Shown: in pieces, positions 9,908 to 20,195 of the stretch | How positions within the stretch are numbered: position 1 is the stretch's first letter | Layout of the letters: the number at the start of each line of letters is the position of its first letter | Origin: Bdellovibrio sp. | Lineage (GTDB): Bacteria; Bdellovibrionota; Bdellovibrionia; Bdellovibrionales; Bdellovibrionaceae | Assembly: GCA_036677065.1 (NCBI GenBank) | Contig: JAKFBS010000001.1 | Location: 732,336 to 796,335, forward strand | Direction: 5' to 3' | Length of the DNA stretch: 64,000 nt | The notes under the pieces: model-generated | The model's database searches: none | The model's input: the letters and a program-made list of their open reading frames with translations, nothing else | What the model was told of the DNA's origin: nothing | Translations under genes and position numbers: made by a program

Positions 9908-10510
9908 TTAGCGCGCAGAATCTTTAATGAACAAAGTCATGTAATGGCGAACTAAAAATTGCGGTTTAAATGATTGGCCTTTGTATGACCATAACACTTC
10001 TTCAAACGCGCCCCATTTAGCTTCAAACATTTCTTCATCCATAACGATAGTTACGTTTTCTTTCGCCTGAGGTTGCGGAATAGCTGTGTTACCCACGTAG
10101 TGGAAACGCATGCTGATCACACCAGCGGCTTTAATCGAAAAAATCATTTTGTAGCCATTACGAAAAAGCATAAAATCAGCGTGAGTTTTTGCAATACCGT
10201 AAACTTTAATGCGACCTAAAACCGAAGGTTTTAATTCGTTAAAAGAAGCCGCAGCTTCAGCGAAATCATTTTTTAAACGTAATAAAAACTGGATTGATTC
10301 GTTAACTAAAATTCTTTGCGTGTCTAAACCTAGGTTCATGTCGATCATTACAGACTTTTCAAGCTGTTCATCGGCAGAGACTAATTCACGAATCCAACTG
10401 TTTTGATTGGTTTGGCTTTGGGCGTGAGCTGCACCAGCATGACTGGTACCAGAACCAGTAGACTGGTTTGAACTCATTTCGGGCATTCTGTTGTTTTTAA
10501 AAATATCCAT
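9908..10510 (-). CDS. Hypothetical protein
   Basis: 200-aa ORF with GGAG RBS, low-complexity N-terminus then globular region. Confidence 0.75.
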   Translation of the reverse strand: MDIFKNNRMPEMSSNQSTGSGTSHAGAAHAQSQTNQNSWIRELVSADEQLEKSVMIDMNLGLDTQRILVNESIQFLLRLKNDFAEAAASFNELKPSVLGRIKVYGIAKTHADFMLFRNGYKMIFSIKAAGVISMRFHYVGNTAIPQPQAKENVTIVMDEEMFEAKWGAFEEVLWSYKGQSFKPQFLVRHYMTLFIKDSAR

Positions 10511-10593
10511 TTGCACACTCCGTCACGCTAAGGCGCGCATTAACTATCATTTTTCTAGGACACCCTAGACCTTGTCAATGGTTAATGTCGCAT

Positions 10594-13476
10594 TTAGGGC
10601 GACTGGCGCCCTGGGATTCCTCCACCTAATTGCAGGCTAAATCCAAATTGCGCGTCGTCTTCAGCATATTGGGGTGAAAGCGGACGGTAATAACCAAGTA
10701 TAAAATTTACAGGAAGCAAGTAACCCAAAGTTGTTTCTAAACGAAGTTCTGCCCCTGCGCTCCAGAATGAACGGCTCATATTTTCAGCTTTTAAAACATC
10801 ATCTTTATCAAAAGCCCCACCATAAACGCTAAGGCCATCAATAACCAAAGCTCCATTCACACGTTTTAAATAGTACATATAGGTGCCAGAACCTTTATTT
10901 AAAGTCTGTAACGGAAAGCGGTATTCGGTGTTCACTGAAACCATACGCGAACCGAAAAATTGCCCTGCGCCATAACCACGTAAAACAAAATCAGGGGCAG
11001 TGCTATCAGCTAATGTTGGTAAAACCGCATTACTAGTACCAAAGCGGGTAGAAACTTTTTGCACAGTGTGAAGAAAATTAAATTTAGCGTACATCGTATG
11101 ATCTTCTGGAAGCCAAAGCGAATTGTAGCCTAAAAGTGATCCGGTGATTTGATCGTAATCTCCTAATAATTTCGGCACATCACGGTCTGTGGATTTTTGA
11201 TTTTCAAGTTGGATAAAAGTACCCCAGCCGCTGGTTGGATAAATATCAAAAGCCGTTTGATTAATACTTTTATATGAAACTTGTAAATAAGGGCCTGAAT
11301 GTTCTGTGCGTAAATCAGATTGATCGACTTCAGAAAACTGCATGCCCGCATTCATCAAAAGTTTTGGGCTAATTTTAAAAGTGTCTGGAATAAAACCTAA
11401 AGAGGCATTACTTCGTTCGATGAAAATTTCTGTATTACCAATGGGACTAAAAGTTCTTTGTGCCATTAAAGTGAACGGCCAAGTGAAAGCTGAATTTATA
11501 TAATCAAAATGATAGCCAGCTTTTTTAATAAACGTGTCGTAATCAACAGATAAATTATAACGATGAATCAGTAATGGATCTTGGCCAGCTGTAAGAATTT
11601 GAAAATACGAACTGTTATTGGCGCTCGACGTCGAAAAGAACGGAATCCAGTAGTGTGGGTAAAGATATTTTAAACTTTTTGCGTCTTCTTGTGTAGCTTC
11701 AAATTCAGGTACGGGACGATCGACATATTCATAGCGGTCACGAAAGCGATTTGAAATTTTTGGCAGGGTTTTGTAAGTTTGTAAATCAAAAGAATGAACG
11801 GCGAAGCCATTGGCGGTATGAAGAGTAGCTGCTGCTAAGTTATTTTTATTCACGTCGAAATCAAGAGCGCCGGTTAATAAATGACTTACAGGAATTTCTT
11901 CACTTTGGTTTTTATAGTAAATATTTGTGACTCCGTTTTTGACAGAAGTAAAATAAACTTTTCCAAAACGATATTTTAAATGTTCAATTTCAGGAGCAAT
12001 GACTTTTAAATCTGTTAGTTTATGAGTTGTTAAATTAAAAAGTTTAGGAGTGATGTTTCCTTTAACGTCTTTTATGCCAACAAAAAGTTCATCTTCATTG
12101 TATAGTGAAATTTCATGCAAGCGCTCACTGTAGCTAAGCTCTAATAGCTGATCTGTGCTTTCGGTTGAGACATTGAAGGCTTTTAACTGGGTTTTACCAT
12201 TAAAAGTTGAAATATAATAAAGAACGGTTCCCTGATTGTTCCAGATCGGATTCTTGGCCCGTGCTGATTTTGTAATTTGCGTTTCTTTATCCTCATCTAA
12301 ATTAAAAATATAAAGATCAGAAAAAGAGCGTTTGATATCAACCAAATCAATTTTAGCAAAAACAATTTTATTTTGGTAAGGATGAAATTCGAAACTTGAA
12401 ATATCTCCGTTCGGAGCTTTTTTGAATTTCAGCTTATTCCACTTTTTAGTTTCATCGTCAAAATTGTAAAAAGATATTTTTTTACCTTTTTTCTCGAGTG
12501 AAATTAGGCCCAGCCTGGTTCCGTCAGTATTAAATCTTGGGTGTCGCCCAGAAATAAGTTTCGGGTCAACGGCTGTCGTTGTTGTCGGTGAAACCGTGCT
12601 GAGAGTTTTGAGCTGTTCTTCGGCTTGGCGCTGATAAGAATCTAACGTTAATAAATAATGGCTTTCATAATTATTGCCAAATAATTGTTCGTGCGTGTGT
12701 TCCACGCTCCAGTAAGGAAGTGTCGATGCGTGTCCCAAGGTCAGATCATTGATGGCTTTACCTTGATTTTTGCTGCCGATGTCTCCCATCAGCATTGAGC
12801 CAAATAAATAAGGGCGACCACCATAAGGCCATGTTGGTAATACTTCATTGGCTTCAGCTAAAGTGTAAGTAAAAAGTTTATTTTCTAAAACTAAAGCGCG
12901 AATGCCCGCATCCTGAAAATAAGAACGTGTTCGTCCCTGATGGGTAAATCGACTTTCAATTTCTACGGCCATGCCTTCTTTCCACCAAAGCGGCAGAAGT
13001 AAGTTTGGCGCAACGATTGAGCCTAAAATAGGCTTAAAAATTTTGAAGTAACTTTCTGCGGGATACAATTGCATCACATGGGCTAATTCGTGAATAAAAA
13101 GTTCTTTCGCCCATTCTGCTGATTCAGACAGCGCATCATCACGGCCAGCCTGCACGGGGTAGATCATAATGTAGGGATAAGGTAAAAGTGTAGTAAAGCC
13201 ATTGGGAGCGTCGGTTGAATCATTTAAGATCACCACGATCTTTTCGGTGGGAGCAACCGTAAAAACCGTCATAATTTCGGCATATGACAGCTCGGCAATG
13301 CGCGAATAATACAGACCTAGGTCTTGATGCTCAGCAGAATAAAAGATCTCAAAGTGAGGGGTGGTTAACATGTGCCATTTTTCTCGCGAATCTCCAATGC
13401 GTTGTGCAAAGACCGGAGTAGAAAACGAGACAAGCAAAACAAAAATTAGGTATAATCTTGAGATAAATTTGATCAT
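10594..13476 (-). CDS. Outer-membrane protein: zinc metallopeptidase-like domain + TolB/WD40-like beta-propeller + Omp85/BamA-type barrel
   Basis: Signal peptide, HELAH (HExxH) plus WWKEGMA, PD40-like repeats (DLYIFNLDEDKETQIT..RAKNPIWNNQG), VLRGY loop motif, EYRFPL, terminal beta-strand. Confidence 0.75.
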   Translation of the reverse strand: MIKFISRLYLIFVLLVSFSTPVFAQRIGDSREKWHMLTTPHFEIFYSAEHQDLGLYYSRIAELSYAEIMTVFTVAPTEKIVVILNDSTDAPNGFTTLLPYPYIMIYPVQAGRDDALSESAEWAKELFIHELAHVMQLYPAESYFKIFKPILGSIVAPNLLLPLWWKEGMAVEIESRFTHQGRTRSYFQDAGIRALVLENKLFTYTLAEANEVLPTWPYGGRPYLFGSMLMGDIGSKNQGKAINDLTLGHASTLPYWSVEHTHEQLFGNNYESHYLLTLDSYQRQAEEQLKTLSTVSPTTTTAVDPKLISGRHPRFNTDGTRLGLISLEKKGKKISFYNFDDETKKWNKLKFKKAPNGDISSFEFHPYQNKIVFAKIDLVDIKRSFSDLYIFNLDEDKETQITKSARAKNPIWNNQGTVLYYISTFNGKTQLKAFNVSTESTDQLLELSYSERLHEISLYNEDELFVGIKDVKGNITPKLFNLTTHKLTDLKVIAPEIEHLKYRFGKVYFTSVKNGVTNIYYKNQSEEIPVSHLLTGALDFDVNKNNLAAATLHTANGFAVHSFDLQTYKTLPKISNRFRDRYEYVDRPVPEFEATQEDAKSLKYLYPHYWIPFFSTSSANNSSYFQILTAGQDPLLIHRYNLSVDYDTFIKKAGYHFDYINSAFTWPFTLMAQRTFSPIGNTEIFIERSNASLGFIPDTFKISPKLLMNAGMQFSEVDQSDLRTEHSGPYLQVSYKSINQTAFDIYPTSGWGTFIQLENQKSTDRDVPKLLGDYDQITGSLLGYNSLWLPEDHTMYAKFNFLHTVQKVSTRFGTSNAVLPTLADSTAPDFVLRGYGAGQFFGSRMVSVNTEYRFPLQTLNKGSGTYMYYLKRVNGALVIDGLSVYGGAFDKDDVLKAENMSRSFWSAGAELRLETTLGYLLPVNFILGYYRPLSPQYAEDDAQFGFSLQLGGGIPGRQSP

Positions 13477-13563
13477 GGTTGATTGTTCAATGCCTATCAA
13501 GGTTTGACAAGGTTTTACAATGGTCTAAATTGAAATATGAAATACACATCCTTGGAGGAATCG

Positions 13564-14115
13564 ATGAATCAAAAAATGAAAAAATCACTTACAACACTAA
13601 CTGCTGCTTTAGTTTTAGCGTCAATGGTAACAGGCTGTTCTTTATTCAGAAAAAAAAGTGGTGACGATTCATCAGGCGATGGTTCAAACATTCGCAGTGA
13701 AACTACAGCTTCTGGATCTTCTGAAACGTTAGATAACTCACCAATCAATTTAGGCGCGACGGGCTCTGACAGCGGATCTATCGAGGGTTTGAAAACTATT
13801 TTCTTTCCTTACGATTCTTCAACTTTATCAGAAACTGAGTCAGCTAAATTAATGGGTAACATTGAGTGGATGAAGAAAAACACTAATTCTAAATTAACTA
13901 TCGAAGGTCACTGTGACCAACGTGGTTCTGCTGAATACAATTTAGCATTAGGTGAGCGTCGTGCAAATGCAGTTCGCCAAGTGTTTGTTTCTAACGGCAT
14001 TGCTGGTAACCGCGTAACTACAGTTAGCTTTGGTAAAGAAAAATTATTAGCTAACGGTGATTCTGACGAAGCGATGGCTAAAAATCGTCGTGCTAACTTT
14101 GTTCCGGTACAATAA
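13564..14115 (+). CDS. pal: Peptidoglycan-associated lipoprotein (OmpA-like)
   Basis: Lipobox VTG-C, IEGHCDQRGSAEYNLALGERRANAV, SFGKEK, NRRANF. Confidence 0.92.
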   Translation: MNQKMKKSLTTLTAALVLASMVTGCSLFRKKSGDDSSGDGSNIRSETTASGSSETLDNSPINLGATGSDSGSIEGLKTIFFPYDSSTLSETESAKLMGNIEWMKKNTNSKLTIEGHCDQRGSAEYNLALGERRANAVRQVFVSNGIAGNRVTTVSFGKEKLLANGDSDEAMAKNRRANFVPVQ

Positions 14116-14420
14116 TGATTAGAGTTTTATTAGCGACCTTGTATTTTTGTTTTGTTGTGGGGTGTATAACAATACCCCCTCCAAATGAAGAGTACACTCT
14201 TGCTAAGACTGCGATTGAAGCAGCAAAGGCCGTGCAAGCGGCCCGTTATTCGCCAGGTTTCTGGCATCAGGCCGAAGAATTCTACCGCCAAGCTAAGATT
14301 CTTTATAATGAGCGCGAGTACGAAGAAGCCAAATATTTATTTTTAAGCGCAAAAAACTCTGCTGAAAAAGCAGAAAACTCAGCGCGCTTATTACGCCAAA
14401 AAAGTGGGGATGTTTTATGA
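14115..14420 (+). CDS. Small lipoprotein, DUF4398-like
   Basis: Lipobox VVG-C, Ala-rich helical AKTAIEAAKAVQAARYSP pattern. Coupled to pal. Confidence 0.7.
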   Translation: MIRVLLATLYFCFVVGCITIPPPNEEYTLAKTAIEAAKAVQAARYSPGFWHQAEEFYRQAKILYNEREYEEAKYLFLSAKNSAEKAENSARLLRQKSGDVL

Positions 14421-15142
14421 ATAAAGTTAATTTAGTACTTTCAGTTATGGCGGTTTTGTTTTTAAGTTCATGTTTAAAAACCCGCTCTGAATTAGGTGAA
14501 GGCTATCAATCTCAAGTTTATTCAAAGAAACAAGCCGACAATCAAAAACAAGCGGCGAATGAACCCTCTGAAATTGTTAAAGTTGATGAAAAAGACGAAC
14601 TAATCCGTACTTTAAATGGTCGTGTTGAATCTTTAGAAAATCAAATTACTCAAATTCAAAAAACTAACCAAGAAAATCCAGACGCACAAAAAATCCAGCT
14701 ATTGCAAGAATCTCTTGTGAAAATGGAAGCGCAATTAGCAAAACTTGAAACTGAAGCTGCCTTAGCTAAAACAGTTACTCCGCAAGCCGCTCATGCAAAT
14801 ACGCCAGCCGCAAATTCTTCAGATGCTAAAGTTCCTCCTGTTAAGGGTGGACCACAAACGAATGGTAAAAATGCAGCCTTTGAAGTGGCTCAAGATTTTT
14901 TCGCGAAAAAAGATTTTAAAAACGCGATCTTAGAATATCAAAAATTCGTAGATGCGAATGCTAAATCAAAAAACAAATTAGTACCTGAAGCAAAATACAA
15001 AATCGGACTTTGCTTTGAAGCTATGGGCTTAAAAGACGAAGCTCAGTCTTTTTACGAAGAAGTAGCTGCGCAACATGGCGCTACTGAATTTGGCAAAAAA
15101 GCCAAAGCCAAAGTTACTAAAGTAACTAAAACAAAAAAATAA
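14417..15142 (+). CDS. CpoB/YbgF-like coiled-coil + TPR lipoprotein
   Basis: Lipobox LSS-C, coiled coil, C-terminal TPR (AILEYQKFV..EAKYKIGLCF). Downstream of pal. Confidence 0.75.
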   Translation: MNKVNLVLSVMAVLFLSSCLKTRSELGEGYQSQVYSKKQADNQKQAANEPSEIVKVDEKDELIRTLNGRVESLENQITQIQKTNQENPDAQKIQLLQESLVKMEAQLAKLETEAALAKTVTPQAAHANTPAANSSDAKVPPVKGGPQTNGKNAAFEVAQDFFAKKDFKNAILEYQKFVDANAKSKNKLVPEAKYKIGLCFEAMGLKDEAQSFYEEVAAQHGATEFGKKAKAKVTKVTKTKK

Positions 15143-15157
15143 GAAATAAGGCTATAG

Positions 15158-16213
15158 ATGTTTCGACAAATTTTATCAGTTGAAACCAGTTGTGACGACA
15201 CATCAGTAGCCATCGTGAACGCTGAGGGCTTTGTTTTGGCCCAATGTTCAGCAAGCCAAGATTTACAACATGCTCCGTTTGGTGGGGTTGTGCCCGAAGT
15301 GGCCAGCCGCAATCACACGATCGCGCTTCTTCCGCTGATCGAAGAAACTTTGAAAAAAGCTAATATTACAATGAATGATTTGGATGGCTATACGGTGACA
15401 AACCGCCCGGGCCTGATTGGATCATTGATTGTTGGATTAATGACCGTCAAAGCTTTATCACAAGCGCATAACAAGCCATTCATTGGTGTTAATCATCTTG
15501 AAGGTCATTTACTTGCGCCTTTTTTAAAAGATGATGAATATGCACCTCCGGCTGATTTTAATTATCCGTATATCGCATTAGCAGTAAGTGGCGGGCATAG
15601 TTCTTTGTATTGGGTAGAAGCTTTTAATAAATACACTATCATCGGAACCACAAAAGACGACGCTGCCGGCGAAGCATTTGATAAATTCGCGAAAATGTTA
15701 GGTTTGCCATTTCCGGGTGGAGTGAACGTTGATCGTTTAGCAAAAACGGGTGATCGTAAAAAATATGATTTTCCGCGTGGCTTATTGCATGAAAAAAGTT
15801 TGATGATGAGTTTTAGCGGTTTAAAGTCTGCAGCTCATAGATTACTGACAAAAATGTCTGCCGAAGAAATGAAAGGCGAAGCCCCGGATTTATGCGCTTC
15901 ATTTCAAGAAGCTGTGATTGAAACGTTAATTGCAAAAATGACGTTAGCCGCAGCTTTATTTAAAACTAAAAAAATCGTGATTACGGGCGGAGTGAGTGCA
16001 AACTCACGCCTGCGTGAAAAAGCTAACGAGATGACGGCTAAAGGCTATCAAATCGTCATCCCGCCGATTCGTTATTGTACTGATAATGCAGCGATGATTG
16101 GTTATGCCGGAATTTTACGTTTGAATGCCGGTGAGCGTTCGAGTTTAGATCAGGGGCCTGCATCAAGTTCTTATGAAAATGATTTTACTGTGAAATTGCG
16201 AGAACAGCTATGA
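15158..16213 (+). CDS. tsaD: tRNA N6-adenosine threonylcarbamoyltransferase
   Basis: ETSCDDTS, GGVVPEVASRNH, HLEGH, VSGGH, DDAAGEAFDK, CTDNAAMI. Confidence 0.97.
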   Translation: MFRQILSVETSCDDTSVAIVNAEGFVLAQCSASQDLQHAPFGGVVPEVASRNHTIALLPLIEETLKKANITMNDLDGYTVTNRPGLIGSLIVGLMTVKALSQAHNKPFIGVNHLEGHLLAPFLKDDEYAPPADFNYPYIALAVSGGHSSLYWVEAFNKYTIIGTTKDDAAGEAFDKFAKMLGLPFPGGVNVDRLAKTGDRKKYDFPRGLLHEKSLMMSFSGLKSAAHRLLTKMSAEEMKGEAPDLCASFQEAVIETLIAKMTLAAALFKTKKIVITGGVSANSRLREKANEMTAKGYQIVIPPIRYCTDNAAMIGYAGILRLNAGERSSLDQGPASSSYENDFTVKLREQL

Positions 16214-16232
16214 ATTTTATTGCGGAGCAATT

Positions 16233-17036
16233 ATGAGTCTTCCACTAGCCAAAGACCGCTTACAAAAACGTATGCAAGAGCTTTCGCATTACACGAAAAA
16301 AGCTTTAGGTCAGAATTTTTTAGTTTCAGATGTAGTCATCGGGCGAATCATTCAGGCCGTTGAAGATGAAAAACCAGAAAAGTTATTAGAGATCGGCCCG
16401 GGTCTTGGTGCTTTAACAGATTTATTAATTGAAAAATTTGGTCGTTATCAATTGATCGAGCTTGATTCTAGTTTAGTAAAATTTTGGCTAAGCCAAGATA
16501 TGCCGGTCATTGAAGCCGATGCACTTCAAGTTGACTGGAGTAAAATTGATTACGATGTTTTAGTCAGTAATCTTCCGTATCAAATTTCTTCATCAATCGT
16601 GATTGATCGTTGTATCGACAGTAATCCTCCGCGGGCGATGGTTTTGATGTTTCAAAAAGAAGTGGCGCAAAGAATTCGCGCGCGTCACAACACCGATGAG
16701 TACGGTTTATTAACAGTGATTGCCCAGGAATTTTGGGACATCACCACAGTTTCTGAAGCCGGGCCTAGGGATTTTAATCCCGCTCCAAAGGTTGCAAGCC
16801 GCGTTTTAAAGTTTAAACGCAAAGAAAGCCCGATTACTGATAAAAAAGGCTATTTGAGTTTTGTTAAAACTTGCTTTAAACAACGTCGTCGCATATTAAA
16901 ATCTAGTCTTGAATCAGCGATGCATGCTCCTTTTTTAGCCTGGGTTGAAAAACAAAAGCTTTCAGAAAAAGTGCGCACCGAAGAATTGAGCATCGTTCAG
17001 ATTCGTGATTTATATTTTCATCTAAAAGGGGGGTAG
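16233..17036 (+). CDS. rsmA: 16S rRNA A1518/A1519 dimethyltransferase (KsgA)
   Basis: KKALGQNFL, EIGPGLGALT, NLPYQISS, MFQKEVAQR, PAPKVAS. Confidence 0.96.
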   Translation: MSLPLAKDRLQKRMQELSHYTKKALGQNFLVSDVVIGRIIQAVEDEKPEKLLEIGPGLGALTDLLIEKFGRYQLIELDSSLVKFWLSQDMPVIEADALQVDWSKIDYDVLVSNLPYQISSSIVIDRCIDSNPPRAMVLMFQKEVAQRIRARHNTDEYGLLTVIAQEFWDITTVSEAGPRDFNPAPKVASRVLKFKRKESPITDKKGYLSFVKTCFKQRRRILKSSLESAMHAPFLAWVEKQKLSEKVRTEELSIVQIRDLYFHLKGG

Positions 17037-17040
17037 TGTT

Positions 17041-17493
17041 TTGAGTATTTTAATCATTCAAGAAAACAAACAAGCCCGCTTTGATTATTTTATCACAGAT
17101 ACTTATGAAGCCGGCCTTTCGTTAACGGGCAGTGAAGTTAAATCATTACGTTTAAAAAATATCACCTTCAAAGATTCGTATATTTCATTTATCAAAGATG
17201 AAGCTTATTTACAAAATGCTCATATCTCTGAATACCGTGCTAGCAGCTACAACAATCACGTGCCTGAGCGTTTGCGTAAACTATTATTACACCGTGCTGA
17301 ACTTGATAAGATTTTTGGAGCGATCCGCGAAAAAGGGTTAACCTGTATCCCACTTAAAATTTACTTTAAAGAGGGCCGGGTTAAGCTTGAGATTGGTTTA
17401 GCTAAGGGTAAAAAAACGCATGATAAGCGTGAATCAATTAAGAAACGTGACGTTGACCAGCAGCTTCGTCAGGCGAAAGCTCGATCACGTTAG
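17041..17493 (+). CDS. smpB: SsrA-binding protein
   Basis: NKQARFDY, EAGLSLTGSEVKSLR, RKLLLH, GKKTHDKRESIK. Confidence 0.97.
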   Translation: MSILIIQENKQARFDYFITDTYEAGLSLTGSEVKSLRLKNITFKDSYISFIKDEAYLQNAHISEYRASSYNNHVPERLRKLLLHRAELDKIFGAIREKGLTCIPLKIYFKEGRVKLEIGLAKGKKTHDKRESIKKRDVDQQLRQAKARSR

Positions 17494-17827
17494 CATATTC
17501 TAAAGCCTCGCGGGTTAATACCCGCGAAAACAGCACGAAATTCACAACTCCGGTCATAACGGTACAAACTCCAAATAACAGAACGATCCAATTGCGTTCT
17601 GATTCTAAATAAGTTCTTAAGTTGTATGACAGGGGAATATTATTTTCGAAAAAGCTGTAATTTTGCAAAGACCAATAAAGCAATGGAGATAGAACAATGG
17701 CCTGTAACGCCAGACCTATTAAAGCATATTTAAGCGTAGCCCCATGGCGGTGCTTTAAGCTTTGATGCTTTTCTAAAAAGAAATTCCAGCGTGGTTTTCG
17801 TTTACCGAAATGAAGGCCTATCTGCAT
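17438..17827 (-). CDS. Hypothetical two-TM membrane protein
   Basis: Two hydrophobic helices, basic N-terminus ending LKYA. Overlaps smpB 3' end by 56 nt. Confidence 0.6.
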   Translation of the reverse strand: MQIGLHFGKRKPRWNFFLEKHQSLKHRHGATLKYALIGLALQAIVLSPLLYWSLQNYSFFENNIPLSYNLRTYLESERNWIVLLFGVCTVMTGVVNFVLFSRVLTREALEYANVIELSPDEAAGQRHVS

Positions 17828-17887
17828 GCTTTACAGTTTAAGTTAAAATTGATTGTCTTCTAGTCCATGATTTATCAGAATTGATAT

Positions 17888-18553
17888 ATGAAACAATTAC
17901 TTAACATTCTATTCCTTGGTTGTGTCATTTTGGGTTGCCAAATTAAAACAGAGCGCGGCGATGGTCCAGATGAAGCCTCGACCTTGAACGCTGAATCCAG
18001 TGCCCGCGATAAATTAAAAAAAGATCCGCGCCAAGATGAACGTTACAGTTTGGTCGAAGACCGCGCTAAATTTGACGAGTTACGCAAAGATATTCCGGTC
18101 GAGACTAAGATTCGCAATGACGAGCGCGCTTTGTACATGGAGTGGATGGCTGAATACCAACGCGATCCATCGGATATTCGCAGTAAGTTTTCAACACTGG
18201 TGATGAAAAAACGCGAAAACTTTAATAAAGACATGAATAAAATTCGCGACCAGTACAATAAAGAAGAGACTAAGAAAAAAGATGTCTTTAATAAGTCTTT
18301 GGCCGAAGAACGTAACGAAATTAAAGATCAAAAAGTAACTCGTGAAAAGCGCACTGAAATGTATTCTGAAATTGATGGCAAAAGAAAAGATTTTTATGCT
18401 CAATTGCGTGAAGACCGTGATTCGTTTGAGACTGATTACCGCCAGAAGCGTAAAGACTTTGAAGAGTATATCAAAGAGAAGAGCGATATTTTTTACGCTG
18501 AATTAAAAGAGTATACTGTTAAGTTTAATGAACTTAAAAAACAGAAGAAGTAA
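17888..18553 (+). CDS. Highly charged coiled-coil lipoprotein
   Basis: Lipobox ILG-C followed by K/E/R/D-rich helical sequence. Confidence 0.75.
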   Translation: MKQLLNILFLGCVILGCQIKTERGDGPDEASTLNAESSARDKLKKDPRQDERYSLVEDRAKFDELRKDIPVETKIRNDERALYMEWMAEYQRDPSDIRSKFSTLVMKKRENFNKDMNKIRDQYNKEETKKKDVFNKSLAEERNEIKDQKVTREKRTEMYSEIDGKRKDFYAQLREDRDSFETDYRQKRKDFEEYIKEKSDIFYAELKEYTVKFNELKKQKK

Positions 18554-19228
18554 TTAAGCTTCGTCTGCGTCTTTGCCACGGGCGATACGATCAACCTGAA
18601 TTAGGGTTTGATGTAGCGTAGATAATAACGCTGGCTCGATAAATCCGAATTTGATACCTACCACTTGCGTGTTAATTTCTTGATAGAACTTTGTGAATGC
18701 CACTGTAGCATCCACGGTTACTCCGCCAAATTCTAATAACTGTACCCAGATGCGAATATCTGATTCAATCGGCAGATCAATTTCGCTCGTAGTTTTGATG
18801 CCGACTTTACATCCGCCAAGGCTGATATCTTGTAATTCATATTTAAATCGGGGATGGTCTAAGATTTTGAATTCGTGCGATAAGTTCATCGGCACTGAAA
18901 ATCTGAAATTTGTACGACGTTGAATTTTATAAATTTTTTCCGGAAATTTAACTAAATAGTAATTATCAGATGTCGTCATTTTAGCGCGAAAGAAATGCGG
19001 TTCACCGCCGCATGTGAAGGTGCAAAAAATACTTGTCGTTTCGTAGTCGTAAGGAAATTTTTTAAAAATCGCAAGATCAGAGCCATCAACTTTTACGAAT
19101 GAGGACTTGGTGTGGATGTCATAAACTTTGAAAGTTACTTCAACGTTATTTTCAGTAATATAGCTAACGATATCTTTATGCGCAGAGCTATCTAGCGGCG
19201 TAAAGTAGTTCACCATATTATTTTCCAT
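18554..19228 (-). CDS. PilZ-domain c-di-GMP receptor, YcgR/flagellar-brake-like
   Basis: QRRTNFR (RxxxR) and DISLGG (DxSxxG). Start moved to 19228 behind AGGAG. Confidence 0.85.
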   Translation of the reverse strand: MENNMVNYFTPLDSSAHKDIVSYITENNVEVTFKVYDIHTKSSFVKVDGSDLAIFKKFPYDYETTSIFCTFTCGGEPHFFRAKMTTSDNYYLVKFPEKIYKIQRRTNFRFSVPMNLSHEFKILDHPRFKYELQDISLGGCKVGIKTTSEIDLPIESDIRIWVQLLEFGGVTVDATVAFTKFYQEINTQVVGIKFGFIEPALLSTLHQTLIQVDRIARGKDADEA

Positions 19229-19250
19229 TAGTTCTCCTGTTTGACCCAAG

Positions 19251-20195
19251 TCACTTATCGTTGGTGACTAGTACCCAAGTCACTTCGTTTTTATTGTGAT
19301 AAAGTCTGACTACTTTAGAATCAGGTATTTTTAAAAATTTATCAATAATTTCGAAGTCGCAGTCGCCTTTGAATTTGATCGTGCAAACAAAGTTTTTCAC
19401 TCGACCATGGGCCAGCCAAAACTGAACTGTTTCGTAAATTTTTTCAGGTGTGCAAATTAAATCAGAGAAAAGCCATGTGCAGTCACTAAACTCATCCGGA
19501 TCAATCTTAAAAGCATCGCCTTTAACGTGGGTGATGTTCTTAATTTTTTTTACTTTCGGATCAAGATCTGCTCGGTCGAAAGTATAGACTTTGTTAAAAT
19601 ATTGACTCAAAACCCAACTCCAACCCCCAGGGGCGGCTCCGATTTCGATCGCGCAGTCTTCAGGTTTGATTTTTAAATCCAATGTCGCAAAGACTTCCCA
19701 TAATTTTAAGTAAGCTCTGTTTGGTGGAAAGTCTTTATCTTCGTCAAACTCATGCCAGCCGGCCGGATAATTTTTCAATGGTGATAGCGAATAAATCACA
19801 ATGTCTTCGTACGTTGTCCAAATGTAATATTTAAAGTTAAATTTTTTAGCGACCGGAAACTTAATGCGCTTTTCTGGAATGCTTTTAAGGCGGCCAAACA
19901 AGCTTTCGATGGCTTTATTTTTTTCAGTTTTATAGTGGTAAGCTAACAAAGGTAGTGCTTTAAGCTTTAGCTGTAGCTCTTTGTCAGGCAGGGCTGAATG
20001 GCAATCACGCCAATGATCTTGCGCCCAAATGATGGTTGCATCAGTGGGTTCAATAATAAATAATTTTTCGGTTTTAATGAAAACTTTGATATTTTTAACC
20101 AAGAGCTCTTTTTCAAGCTCTTGGTTAAATTTAAGATGCGGAATTAAGACTTCAAAACTAAGCTGCGACTTTTTGAGCTGGTGATAATAATCCAT
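19251..20195 (-). CDS. RlmM/FtsJ-like SAM-dependent rRNA methyltransferase
   Basis: PPNRAYLKLWE, EIGAAPGGWS, LFSDLIC, CTIKF, HNKNEVT. Confidence 0.8.
   Translation of the reverse strand: MDYYHQLKKSQLSFEVLIPHLKFNQELEKELLVKNIKVFIKTEKLFIIEPTDATIIWAQDHWRDCHSALPDKELQLKLKALPLLAYHYKTEKNKAIESLFGRLKSIPEKRIKFPVAKKFNFKYYIWTTYEDIVIYSLSPLKNYPAGWHEFDEDKDFPPNRAYLKLWEVFATLDLKIKPEDCAIEIGAAPGGWSWVLSQYFNKVYTFDRADLDPKVKKIKNITHVKGDAFKIDPDEFSDCTWLFSDLICTPEKIYETVQFWLAHGRVKNFVCTIKFKGDCDFEIIDKFLKIPDSKVVRLYHNKNEVTWVLVTNDK

Noticed and set aside
17041..17900. tmRNA or integrated element next to smpB
   Set aside because: No tRNA-like ends, tag reading frame or integrase seen. Flanks are filled by CDSs.
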